DNA from: an uncultured Gammaproteobacteria bacterium
GTDB lineage: Bacteria > Pseudomonadota > Gammaproteobacteria > PS1 > Pseudothioglobaceae
Length of the DNA: 48,552 bases
Direction of reading: 5' to 3'
Assembly (NCBI GenBank): GCA_929200175.1
Contig: CAKMYR010000001.1
Location: 1-48,552, forward strand
Part shown: positions 9,824 to 18,389 of the stretch, piece by piece
Numbering within the stretch: the stretch's first letter is position 1
Layout: the number at the start of each line of letters is the position of its first letter
Notes under the pieces: generated by a model
Database searches by the model: none
Seen by the model: only the letters and a program-made list of their open reading frames with translations
What the model was told of the DNA's origin: nothing
Translations under genes and position numbers: made by a program

Positions 9824-11299
9824 ATGACAGATTTAGAAAAACATGTAAACCAAGAAGGTAGATCTGAATTAGTTAAACAAGTAAGAAATAAAATTAACGA
9901 ATTAGGTGTAACTTATATTTATTATCAATTTGTTTCAGTAACTGGACGTATAGTTGGCAAGGGTATTCCAGCTCGCCATTGGGAAAGATTATCAGAAAAA
10001 GGATTTCAATTAGTCTATGGCTCTACTGCAAACTTGTTTATTGATCGTCATGGAGAGTATATTGGATATGGTCCTGAAGCATCAGAATTAGTAGGCATTC
10101 CTGATCCTGAAACATTTTGTCAACTTCCTTGGGACAAGCGCGTTGCTAGAGTGTTTTGTAAGTTGTATAGAAATCGTGAAGAGCGTGAAAATCCAGGACA
10201 AGCATTAAGCTCTGATTGTCGTGGTAACTTATATAGACACCATAAAGAATTTAAAGAAAAACATGGTCTAGACATGCGTTGTGGTACCGAACCAGAAATG
10301 ATGTGGTTAAAAAGAGGTGAAGATGGTAAACCAAATGGAGGAATAACAAAACCAAACTGTTACCATATTGATCAATTTGAAGAATTAAGACCAGTATTTA
10401 TGAAAGTTATTGAGTACTCTGAACAAATGGGATTAGACATTATCCAAGGAGACCATGAAGATGCTCCCGGCCAGTTAGAGCTTAATACACAATTTGATGA
10501 TGTTCTTAGAAATGCTGATAGACTTACTACATACCGTCAAATTTGTGCTCAAGTTGCTCGTGAAAATGGCTTAATAGCCTGCTTTATGCCTAAACCTTTT
10601 GTAGGAGTATCTGCATCTGGCTGTCACCATAACATGTCTTTATGGAGAGGAGGCAATGAAGTTTTACATTCAGAAATTGTTCAAAATTCTAACCTACCTG
10701 GTATGGATGGATGCTTTACATATAGAGAAGGCGGAGAAAATACATTTATGCCTGACCCATCTATTGACGAAAAAATGCCTGGGCCAATAGGATTACACTC
10801 AATAGGCGGAGTAATTAAACATTTACCAGCATTAACAGCAATTGGATCATCAACTGTAAACTCTTATCGTCGTTTGTGGGATACAGGTTTTTGGGCTCCT
10901 ATATTTGCGGACTGGGGCTATCAAAATCGTACTTGTGCTTTAAGAGTATCTGCTCCTGGTCGTTTTGAATATCGCTCAGTTGATTCAGCTGTTAATCCTT
11001 ACCTTATGGGATCAGCACTACTTAAAGCCTTTGATGATGGAATTAAAAATAAAATTGATCCCGGTGAAGCTGAAGAGCGCAATATTTATGCTGCTATGGA
11101 AGCTGGCAAAAAAGTGAAAAAATTACCAATGACTCTTGGCGATGCATTAACAGAACTTGAAAACGATGATGTTATAAAATCAGCTATGCCTGATGAAATG
11201 TACAAAGTTTATAGTCATTATAAAAGTGATGAGTGGGCTAAATTCAATCATACTGTTTCTAACTGGGATTTAGAATCTTATATAGATTGTTTGCCTTAA
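9824..11299 (+). CDS. gmaS: Glutamine synthetase-family enzyme, probable gamma-glutamylmethylamide synthetase
   Basis: 491 aa. GS catalytic-domain motifs are GTEPEMMW, HEDAPGQLELN, FMPKPFVGVSASGCHHNMSLW and NSYRRL. The gene lies immediately upstream of the three split glutamate-synthase-like genes (mgsABC), which is the arrangement of the N-methylglutamate pathway. Strong RBS AAGGAG. Confidence 0.75.
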   Translation: MTDLEKHVNQEGRSELVKQVRNKINELGVTYIYYQFVSVTGRIVGKGIPARHWERLSEKGFQLVYGSTANLFIDRHGEYIGYGPEASELVGIPDPETFCQLPWDKRVARVFCKLYRNREERENPGQALSSDCRGNLYRHHKEFKEKHGLDMRCGTEPEMMWLKRGEDGKPNGGITKPNCYHIDQFEELRPVFMKVIEYSEQMGLDIIQGDHEDAPGQLELNTQFDDVLRNADRLTTYRQICAQVARENGLIACFMPKPFVGVSASGCHHNMSLWRGGNEVLHSEIVQNSNLPGMDGCFTYREGGENTFMPDPSIDEKMPGPIGLHSIGGVIKHLPALTAIGSSTVNSYRRLWDTGFWAPIFADWGYQNRTCALRVSAPGRFEYRSVDSAVNPYLMGSALLKAFDDGIKNKIDPGEAEERNIYAAMEAGKKVKKLPMTLGDALTELENDDVIKSAMPDEMYKVYSHYKSDEWAKFNHTVSNWDLESYIDCLP

Positions 11300-11359
11300 T
11301 ATTTATTCAACTTAATGTTAATGTAATTTTTAGTATTTTATAATTGGAGGTTTTTAATT

Positions 11360-12301
11360 ATGTGCGGAATAGTAGGTCTTATTCACAAAAATAATGGCGG
11401 CAGTGAAAATGTCGGCAGTCAAATGACATCTATGTTGCAAGCATTAAAACATAGAGGTCCAGATTCTACAGGGTATGCAATGTATGGGAAAAGTAATAAT
11501 AATAACTATATTATGCGTTTTAAAGTTGCAGAATCAGAGGATGTTAAAGGTGGTTATGATATTCATACAAAAATAAGCAAAAGAATTGACGAGGTTGATT
11601 CTAGACTTAAAAGTCTTGGAGTTAAAATTATAAGTAAAGATAATCCTACTGAGTATTCTTTGCGTTATGAAGTCAGTATTTCTAAAGACATAAAAAATGT
11701 CGTAGATTATCTTGAAGATATAGAAGGTGTTGAAATTTTATCTGTAGGACATTCTCTTGAATTAATTAAAGATTTAGGTGACGCTAATGTTGTGTCTAAC
11801 CAATATAAGCTAGATGGCTTTAAAGGAACTCATGGTATTGGTCATACAAGAATGGCTACTGAGTCTGATGTAGACATTAGCTCTGCACATCCTTATTGGG
11901 CTTACCCTTTTAGTGATATCTCGGTAGTTCATAATGGACAACTTACAAACTACTGGACAAATAGACGCGATCTTGAAAGAAGAGGACATCGTTTTTCTTC
12001 TAAATGTGATTCAGAATTAATCGCAGTATATATAGCAGATAAAATGAATCAAGGTGTTGATTTAGAAACAGCAATGAAAGATTCTGTAAAATATTTAGAT
12101 GGTGTCTTTACATATATTGTAGCTACTAAAGATCAATTAGGAATGGCAAAAGATGTCATGGCTGCTAAACCTATGGTGGTTTATGAAAGCGAAGATATGA
12201 TAGCATTAGCATCAGAAGAAGTTGCTATCAGAACATTGTTTGATAGTCAAATTGATACATTTGACCCATATCATGGAGAGGTAAGAGTATGGAAAAATTA
12301 A
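11360..12301 (+). CDS. mgsA: N-methylglutamate synthase subunit A (class II, Ntn glutamine amidotransferase-like)
   Basis: 313 aa beginning MCGIVG (nucleophile Cys2), with HTRMATES and VVHNGQLTNY. SD TGGAGG lies upstream. First of the GltB-domain triplet. Confidence 0.75.
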   Translation: MCGIVGLIHKNNGGSENVGSQMTSMLQALKHRGPDSTGYAMYGKSNNNNYIMRFKVAESEDVKGGYDIHTKISKRIDEVDSRLKSLGVKIISKDNPTEYSLRYEVSISKDIKNVVDYLEDIEGVEILSVGHSLELIKDLGDANVVSNQYKLDGFKGTHGIGHTRMATESDVDISSAHPYWAYPFSDISVVHNGQLTNYWTNRRDLERRGHRFSSKCDSELIAVYIADKMNQGVDLETAMKDSVKYLDGVFTYIVATKDQLGMAKDVMAAKPMVVYESEDMIALASEEVAIRTLFDSQIDTFDPYHGEVRVWKN

Positions 12302-13131
12302 AAAATGAAAAATCTCATGAAATGGGATTGCATAAAGAGGCATTAAAAGGTCGTACACAACAACGTTTTTTCTCTGCAGAAGAAGGTGAAAACCTAACAT
12401 ATTTTAATTCCTTTGATGTTGACACATCAAAAAAAGCATCAATTGATGCTAAAAATATGACTCCTAGAGAAATTAACACTAAAATTCGCGAATTGATGCA
12501 ACAAGGTTTTGGCGATATTACAATAGATAATCCTATGTCTCGTCACGGAGTTGGTGTAGGAATCCTAAATCGTCTTAACTTAACTTTTAATGACAGTCTA
12601 GGTTATTTTGGCTGCGGATTGATAGATGGGCCTAATATACATATTAAAGGCAGAGTTGGATGGTCATGTGGCGAAAATATGATGGCAGGCACTGTGGTTA
12701 TTGAAAAGAACGCAGGCTCTACTTTTGGTGCAGCTATTCGTGGCGGAGATCTTGTATGTAAAGGTAGTGTTGGCGCAAGAACTGGCATTGATCAAAAAGG
12801 TGGCACTATTATAGTTGGTGGTGATACTGGTGCGTTTTCTGGATTTATGATGCAACGTGGTCGTATGATTATTTGCGGAAATGCAGGATTAAATTTAGGA
12901 GACTCAATGTACGATGGAACCATTTATGTAGGTGGTGAAATTGAAGGTCTTGGAGTTGACTGCGTGCAAGGAGAAATGACAGATTTAGATATCTATTATT
13001 TATCTTCCAAATTAGATTTATATGGCATTAAAACACCTAATGGTATTGAAAAAATGAATAAATATGTATCAGGTAAACAGCTATGGAACTATGATAAATT
13101 AGAACCATCTGAAAAGAAATTAGTATTATAA
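12289..13131 (+). CDS. mgsB: N-methylglutamate synthase subunit B (GXGXG beta-helix domain, GltB C-terminal domain-like)
   Basis: 280 aa with repeated G-rich turns (GYFGCGLIDGPNIHIKGRVGWSCGENMMAGTVVIEKNAGSTFGAAIRGGDLVCKGSVGARTG...GGTIIVGGDTGAFSGFMMQRGRMIICGNAG). Overlaps the mgsA stop by 13 nt. Confidence 0.75.
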   Translation: MEKLKNEKSHEMGLHKEALKGRTQQRFFSAEEGENLTYFNSFDVDTSKKASIDAKNMTPREINTKIRELMQQGFGDITIDNPMSRHGVGVGILNRLNLTFNDSLGYFGCGLIDGPNIHIKGRVGWSCGENMMAGTVVIEKNAGSTFGAAIRGGDLVCKGSVGARTGIDQKGGTIIVGGDTGAFSGFMMQRGRMIICGNAGLNLGDSMYDGTIYVGGEIEGLGVDCVQGEMTDLDIYYLSSKLDLYGIKTPNGIEKMNKYVSGKQLWNYDKLEPSEKKLVL

Positions 13132-13161
13132 ATTTAACATTAACAAGTAAGAGGAAACATT

Positions 13162-14499
13162 ATGAGTAATGAAGTAGATAAATCTATCTTAGGTAAAAGT
13201 TTTATTTTTCCTAAGGAAGTTATAAATGATATTCATATCAAATCAGAATTAGGTAGATATAGAATGAGAGGATTTTCTCTCTTTAAAAAAATACCTTCTT
13301 GGGATGATTTAACTTTTATGCCAGGAACATTAACTAGATTTGTAATAGAAGGATATAGAGAGAAATGTTTAACCAAAACAATAATAGGGCCTGAGGCTCC
13401 TCGTGCACTTGAGTTAGACATACCTGTGTATATAACTGGTATGAGTTTTGGGGCTTTAAGTTATGAAGCAAAAACTGCATTAGCTCGTGGCGCTACAATG
13501 GCAGGCACTGCTACTTGTTCTGGTGAGGGAGGCATGATTCCAGATGAAAGACGTTATTCTAGCAAATGGCTTTATCAATGCATACAATCTCGTTATGGTT
13601 TTAATCCTAATCATCTAAGATTAGCAGATGCTGTGGAATTTTTTATTGGTCAAGGCTGTAAGGTTGGCCTAGGTGGACATTTGATGGGTCAAAAAGTAAC
13701 AGACCAAGTTGCAGAAATGCGCTCATTACCAGCAGGTATTGATCAACGCTCACCTGCAAGACATCCAGACTGGCTAGGTCCAGACGATTTAGCTCTTAAA
13801 ATTGAAGAGATTCGTGAAGCAACTGATGGTCAAATACCAATTCAATTGAAGCTTGGCGCTGCAAGGGTATATGATGATGTTAGAATGGCTGCAAAAACTG
13901 GATGTGATAGTATCTATATTGACGGAATGGAAGGCGGTACTGGTGCTGGACCACATTTAGCTACAGAAGAAACTGGCGTTCCTGGTATAGCAGCAATTCA
14001 TCAAGCAAGAAAAGCTATTAATGATGTTGGAATGAATGGAAAAATTAGCCTAATATATGCCGGAGGTATTCGTAATGGTTCTGATGTTGCGAAAGCGATT
14101 GCATTAGGTGCTGACGCAATAGCTATTGGACACTCTGCAATGATGGCTCTTAACTGTAATAAAGATATTCCAGAAGCAAACTTTGAAGAAGAAATGGGAG
14201 TACATGCAGGAGAATGTTATCATTGCCATACTGGCAGATGTCCTGTAGGAGTAGCGACTCAAGATCCTGAATTAAGAAAACGCTTGGACCCAGATTTAGC
14301 TGCAGAAAGAGTTTATAATTTTTTACATACATTAGCGATTGAATGTCAAATGATGGCTAGAGCTTGCGGTAAAACCAATGTTCATTCACTTGAACCAGAA
14401 GACTTAGCTGCTTTAACTATGGAGGCTTCAGCTTGTGCGCAAGTGCCAATAGCAGGTTCTCAGTACACTGTTGGTCGTCCAGATATGACAAGATATTAA
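13162..14499 (+). CDS. mgsC: N-methylglutamate synthase subunit C (FMN-binding glutamate synthase domain-like)
   Basis: 445 aa. Motifs GMSFGALS, IDGMEGGTGAGP, GGIRNGSDVAKAIALGADAIAIG and CHTGRCPVGVATQD parallel the GltB FMN domain seen at 47284-48552. SD AAGAGGA. Confidence 0.78.
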   Translation: MSNEVDKSILGKSFIFPKEVINDIHIKSELGRYRMRGFSLFKKIPSWDDLTFMPGTLTRFVIEGYREKCLTKTIIGPEAPRALELDIPVYITGMSFGALSYEAKTALARGATMAGTATCSGEGGMIPDERRYSSKWLYQCIQSRYGFNPNHLRLADAVEFFIGQGCKVGLGGHLMGQKVTDQVAEMRSLPAGIDQRSPARHPDWLGPDDLALKIEEIREATDGQIPIQLKLGAARVYDDVRMAAKTGCDSIYIDGMEGGTGAGPHLATEETGVPGIAAIHQARKAINDVGMNGKISLIYAGGIRNGSDVAKAIALGADAIAIGHSAMMALNCNKDIPEANFEEEMGVHAGECYHCHTGRCPVGVATQDPELRKRLDPDLAAERVYNFLHTLAIECQMMARACGKTNVHSLEPEDLAALTMEASACAQVPIAGSQYTVGRPDMTRY

Positions 14500-14511
14500 A
14501 TAGGAGATATT

Positions 14512-14892
14512 ATGAGTGATAAAGGATATTTTATTGATAATGAAGGTCTTGATTCTAGTCGTGAACAAGAAATAGGTCAACATATTGGCTATCGTTACGA
14601 TGTAAACCTAGTTCCTGATTTAAAATATATAACCCCATTTTTACAAAAATATATAGACAAAATGGGTTGGAAAGATTTAAATTGGCTTGAAGATGTTCAT
14701 ATGGGATACGAAGAAGATCGTGCTGCAGTTTTTGATAGAAATATTAATGGCTGGGTTACTGTTCCTGATGACATTAAATTACCAGATAATCAACAAGAAC
14801 GTGATATGATAGCAAGAGAGCTTTTAATTAAATTCCAGATGTCTGAAAAACATCCTATGGTAGATTTAAATAAAGCTTATCGTAAATTTTAA
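14512..14892 (+). CDS. Hypothetical acidic 126-aa protein embedded in the methylated-amine island
   Basis: Open frame in AT-rich DNA. SD TAGGAG lies 7 nt upstream of the ATG, which is 12 nt after the mgsC stop. It has no Cys, no predicted TM segment or signal peptide, and no motif I can assign. It is Trp- and Asp/Glu-rich (GWKDLNWLEDVH, NGWVTVPDD). Confidence 0.6.
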   Translation: MSDKGYFIDNEGLDSSREQEIGQHIGYRYDVNLVPDLKYITPFLQKYIDKMGWKDLNWLEDVHMGYEEDRAAVFDRNINGWVTVPDDIKLPDNQQERDMIARELLIKFQMSEKHPMVDLNKAYRKF

Positions 14893-14901
14893 CAATAATT
14901 T

Positions 14902-14910
14902 TGTTATAAT
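14902..14910 (+). promoter_or_regulatory. Extended -10 element (TGnTATAAT) upstream of tdm
   Basis: TGTTATAAT read at 14902-14910, 27 nt before the tdm ATG. No obvious -35. It could be chance in AT-rich DNA. Confidence 0.25.
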
Positions 14911-14937
14911 GAAGGATACATATTAATATTATAAATT

Positions 14938-17217
14938 ATGAAAGTATCAGATATTCAATATTCAGGCGACACAGAAATTTATCAAATAATTGGAGGTGAG
15001 GCGGTTTCTATTGACATCAATAAAGGAGATACTGTTGAAATAATAGATGTCGAAGGAGATCAAGAGTGCAATGTTTTTGCACTTAGCAAGAAAGGTATTA
15101 ATTTAATAGACTCTCTTGACTGGAAAAATAAACCTACACCAAATGTTAAAGCTGATGAATCAGTGTATTTATCAGAAAATGAAACTATTAACTTAAATGA
15201 ATTAGTAGGAGTTAAGATATTTGATAATAAAAGTGTAGCAAACTCTAAGCATTTATTTGGTGTGAATAAAGATGGGCTTTGTATAGTAAAAGCTAAAGGC
15301 TCTCCAATGAAGGTTGATGAGAATAATTCTCCTACTGAAATCTTAATAAAAGTTAAAAAAGAAAAGGCAAAAGAAGAAGGAAATAGATTGCCTAGTCCTT
15401 TGGGTAAAATGGTTTCTGAGTTGAGAGTTAAAAAGTCTTCTGCCAAAACTTATGAGGTTAAAGCTGGAGAATATATACAAATTATTGATGTTGAAGGAAA
15501 ACAATGCTCAGATTTTCAAGCATTTGCAATGGAGGATATCAAAAATAAGTTAGATTTTTGTATTGATCCTGCAGTAACAAGAACTGTTACTGGAACTAAT
15601 TGTCCTCGACCAGGAGTTTTTAATAAATTTTATAATCAGAATTATGTGCCTTTAATTGAAGTAGTTCAAGACACTATAGAAAGACATGATACTTTTGCTG
15701 TTGCCTGTAATGCTAAATATTATGAAGATAAGGGATTTCCTGGACATATAAGTTGTACTGATAACTTTAACAACAATTTAAAAAAATATTCTATTAAACC
15801 TAGATCGAGATGGATAACAGTAAATTTCCTATGGAACACTAGTATTAGTGATGGCGTAATATCATGCGAAGAAGAGTCATGGTCGAGACCTGGAGATTAT
15901 ATATTATTAAGGGCTATTACTGATTTAGTCTGTGTATCTTCAGCTTGTCCTGACGACACTTCTCCGGTAAATAACTGGAATCCTACTGATGTCCATGTTA
16001 GAATTTACGATAAATCAAATAATTTTTTACCATCTACGGCATTTAGACCGGACCCACAAACAATTCCTATTATGACTAAAGAAACAGGTTTTCACAAAAA
16101 CACTAAAAAATTAACAAGAAATTTTATTGAATATAATGGCTATTGGTTAGCTTCACATTACAATAATTTAGGAGGAATCAAAGAATATTGGCAATGCCGT
16201 GAAGGAGTTGCTATGATTGACTTATCTCCATTGCGCAAATTTGAAGTTTATGGCCCAGATTCTGAGCAGCTAATGCAATATGCTCTTACTAGAAATGTAA
16301 GAAAACTTGCAGTTGGACAAGTTGTATACTCTGCTATGTGTTACGATAACGGATGTATGGTTGATGATGGTACTTTGTATCGTATGTCGGATAATGTTTT
16401 TCGCTGGATTGGTGGATCTGACGAAGGAGGAAAGCATTTAAGAAGAATTGCAAAAGATAAAAATTTTAACTGCTGGATTAAATCATCAACTGATCAATTA
16501 CATAATGTTGCAGTTCAAGGACCAAAAAGTCGTGAAACTTTGGAAAAAATTATTTGGACTCCTAATCAAAATACTACACTTAAAGAATTAAAGTGGTTTA
16601 CATTTACAATTGGCAGGATTGGTGGTGAATTTGGAATTCCTGTAATGGTTTCTAGAACTGGGTACTCTGGCGAACTAGGTTACGAAGTTTTTGCCCACCC
16701 TAAAGATTGTGAGCAAGTATGGAATAAAATTTATGAAGCTGGAAAAGAATTTAATATATGCCCACTTGGTCTTGATGCTTTAGATATGTTAAGAATTGAA
16801 TCTGGATTAATTTTTGCTGGTTATGAGTTTTGTGATCAAACAGACCCTCTTGAGGCAGGCATAGGATTTACAGTACCTTTGAAAACCAAAGATGAGGATT
16901 TTTCTGGCAGAGATGCATTAATTGCTCGCAAAGAAAAACCTCAAAAACAACTAGTGGGCTTAGAAATAGACAGCAATGAAGTAGGTGAACATGGAGATGG
17001 TGTATATGTTGGAAAACAACAAGTTGGAATAATCACCAGTGCAACACGTTCCCCTATACTTAAAAAAAATATAGCTTTATGTAGAATTTCAGTCTCTTTT
17101 GCTGAAATTGACACAAAAGTCGAAATAGGAAAATTAGATGGACATCATAAACGATTACAAGCTAAAGTCGTTAGATTTCCATTTTATGATCCTGAAAAAA
17201 CTCGTGTTAGAATGTAA
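14938..17217 (+). CDS. tdm: Trimethylamine N-oxide demethylase-like protein (DUF1989-type N-region fused to a GcvT-type tetrahydrofolate-binding aminomethyltransferase domain)
   Basis: 759 aa. The N-half has DUF1989-like GEYIQIIDVEGKQCSDFQAF and Cys-rich segments. The C-half has GcvT motifs DLSPLRKFEVYGPD, VSRTGYSGELGYEVF and GLDALDMLRIESGL. Adjacency to tmm and a betaine-type ABC importer fits the Tdm architecture described in Methylocella, Ruegeria and SAR11. Confidence 0.75.
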   Translation: MKVSDIQYSGDTEIYQIIGGEAVSIDINKGDTVEIIDVEGDQECNVFALSKKGINLIDSLDWKNKPTPNVKADESVYLSENETINLNELVGVKIFDNKSVANSKHLFGVNKDGLCIVKAKGSPMKVDENNSPTEILIKVKKEKAKEEGNRLPSPLGKMVSELRVKKSSAKTYEVKAGEYIQIIDVEGKQCSDFQAFAMEDIKNKLDFCIDPAVTRTVTGTNCPRPGVFNKFYNQNYVPLIEVVQDTIERHDTFAVACNAKYYEDKGFPGHISCTDNFNNNLKKYSIKPRSRWITVNFLWNTSISDGVISCEEESWSRPGDYILLRAITDLVCVSSACPDDTSPVNNWNPTDVHVRIYDKSNNFLPSTAFRPDPQTIPIMTKETGFHKNTKKLTRNFIEYNGYWLASHYNNLGGIKEYWQCREGVAMIDLSPLRKFEVYGPDSEQLMQYALTRNVRKLAVGQVVYSAMCYDNGCMVDDGTLYRMSDNVFRWIGGSDEGGKHLRRIAKDKNFNCWIKSSTDQLHNVAVQGPKSRETLEKIIWTPNQNTTLKELKWFTFTIGRIGGEFGIPVMVSRTGYSGELGYEVFAHPKDCEQVWNKIYEAGKEFNICPLGLDALDMLRIESGLIFAGYEFCDQTDPLEAGIGFTVPLKTKDEDFSGRDALIARKEKPQKQLVGLEIDSNEVGEHGDGVYVGKQQVGIITSATRSPILKKNIALCRISVSFAEIDTKVEIGKLDGHHKRLQAKVVRFPFYDPEKTRVRM

Positions 17218-17260
17218 CACAAGTAAGCTAAAGTTATCTATAACTTTATGCATATAGGGG

Positions 17261-17300
17261 GTAATTTATAAGTTTGTAACTTGTAAATTACATTTTTGTT
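17261..17300 (+). terminator. Rho-independent terminator-like hairpin after tdm
   Basis: 17261-17291 GTAATTTATAAGTT-TGT-AACTTGTAAATTAC forms a 14-bp stem (one G-U pair) with a 3-nt loop. ATTTTTGTT follows immediately. Confidence 0.5.
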
Positions 17301-17366
17301 ATGTTATTTTAAAGTGTTTTTATAGCATTAATAAAATAGCAATATAACTTTTTTAAGGAGAAATAA

Positions 17367-18311
17367 ATGAAAAACTTAAAAATTAAAGCAATTGTAGCAA
17401 TTTTAACAACTGCTATGGTTTTTGTTTCTGGGCAAGCACTTGCTAAAGATTCACGTAAACCAATAGTTATTCCTACTCATAACTGGTCAAGCCAAGTTGT
17501 AATGGCTTATGTTATAGGTGGAATTTTTGAAAAATTAGGCAATAGAGTAAAATATGTACCTGCTGATTCTCAAGCTGTATATGAAGCTATTCGTAATGGA
17601 GATGTAACTATTTCTCATGAGGTTTGGCAATCTACTTTTGGCAAATCTTTCTACAACGCGATGGCTAAAGGCGGCTTAATTGACGCTGGCAATCATTCAG
17701 CTCTTACTATAGAGGAGCTTGGAGTTCCTTCGTATGTAATTGAAAAAAATCTTTGTCCTGGTCTTCCAGATTGGAAAGCATTAGCAGACTGTCATAAAGT
17801 ATTCGCTACAGCAGATTCTGGCGGTAAAGGGCGTATTCTTGAAGGCCCTCAAAGCTGGCACGGAGATTTAATGCCTAAACGTATAAAAGCCTTAGGTCTA
17901 GAAGATAAGTATGTAGTTAAATTTGCAGGTAGTGCAGATGCAATTTGGGCAGAATTAGCTTCAGCTAAAAAAGAAGGTCGTGGTATTATCGCCTTCAACT
18001 GGTCTCCTAACTTTACAGATGCAGATGGATTTGAATTTATTCAATTCCCTCCTTATTTTGACGGATGTAGAATTGAAGATGGTGGCGATGGTTCATGCGG
18101 ATCTCCTGTTGGTTGGTTAAAAAAAGCAGCTAACTACAAGTTCCCTAAAACTCATCCTAGAGCCTATACAGTATTCTCTAAGATTTCTTTTTCTACACAA
18201 GATATAGGGCAAATGGCGTCATTAGTTGATGTTTTCAAACTAAGCCATGAAGATGCAGCTAAGTCTTGGTTAAACACTCATGAAGATGTGTGGAAGCCTT
18301 TCTTAGAATAA
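17367..18311 (+). CDS. tmoX: Periplasmic substrate-binding protein of a glycine betaine/TMAO-type ABC importer (OpuAC/ProX family)
   Basis: 314 aa with signal peptide MKNLKIKAIVAILTTAMVFVSGQALA and an OpuAC-like core (PTHNWSSQVVMAYV, ISHEVWQS). TMAO specificity is inferred from linkage to tdm and tmm. Confidence 0.65.
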   Translation: MKNLKIKAIVAILTTAMVFVSGQALAKDSRKPIVIPTHNWSSQVVMAYVIGGIFEKLGNRVKYVPADSQAVYEAIRNGDVTISHEVWQSTFGKSFYNAMAKGGLIDAGNHSALTIEELGVPSYVIEKNLCPGLPDWKALADCHKVFATADSGGKGRILEGPQSWHGDLMPKRIKALGLEDKYVVKFAGSADAIWAELASAKKEGRGIIAFNWSPNFTDADGFEFIQFPPYFDGCRIEDGGDGSCGSPVGWLKKAANYKFPKTHPRAYTVFSKISFSTQDIGQMASLVDVFKLSHEDAAKSWLNTHEDVWKPFLE

Positions 18312-18330
18312 TAAGCTTTTTTATTTAAAC

Positions 18331-18363
18331 ATAACCTCTATTTCTTCTGGAAATAGAGGTTAT
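18331..18363 (+). promoter_or_regulatory. Perfect 14-bp intercistronic stem-loop between tmoX and tmoW
   Basis: ATAACCTCTATTTC (18331-18344), loop TTCTG, GAAATAGAGGTTAT (18350-18363). No T-run follows, so it is more likely an mRNA-stabilising or attenuating hairpin than a full terminator. Confidence 0.55.
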
Positions 18364-18389
18364 ATAAATCATACTGGAGAAAACTAATT

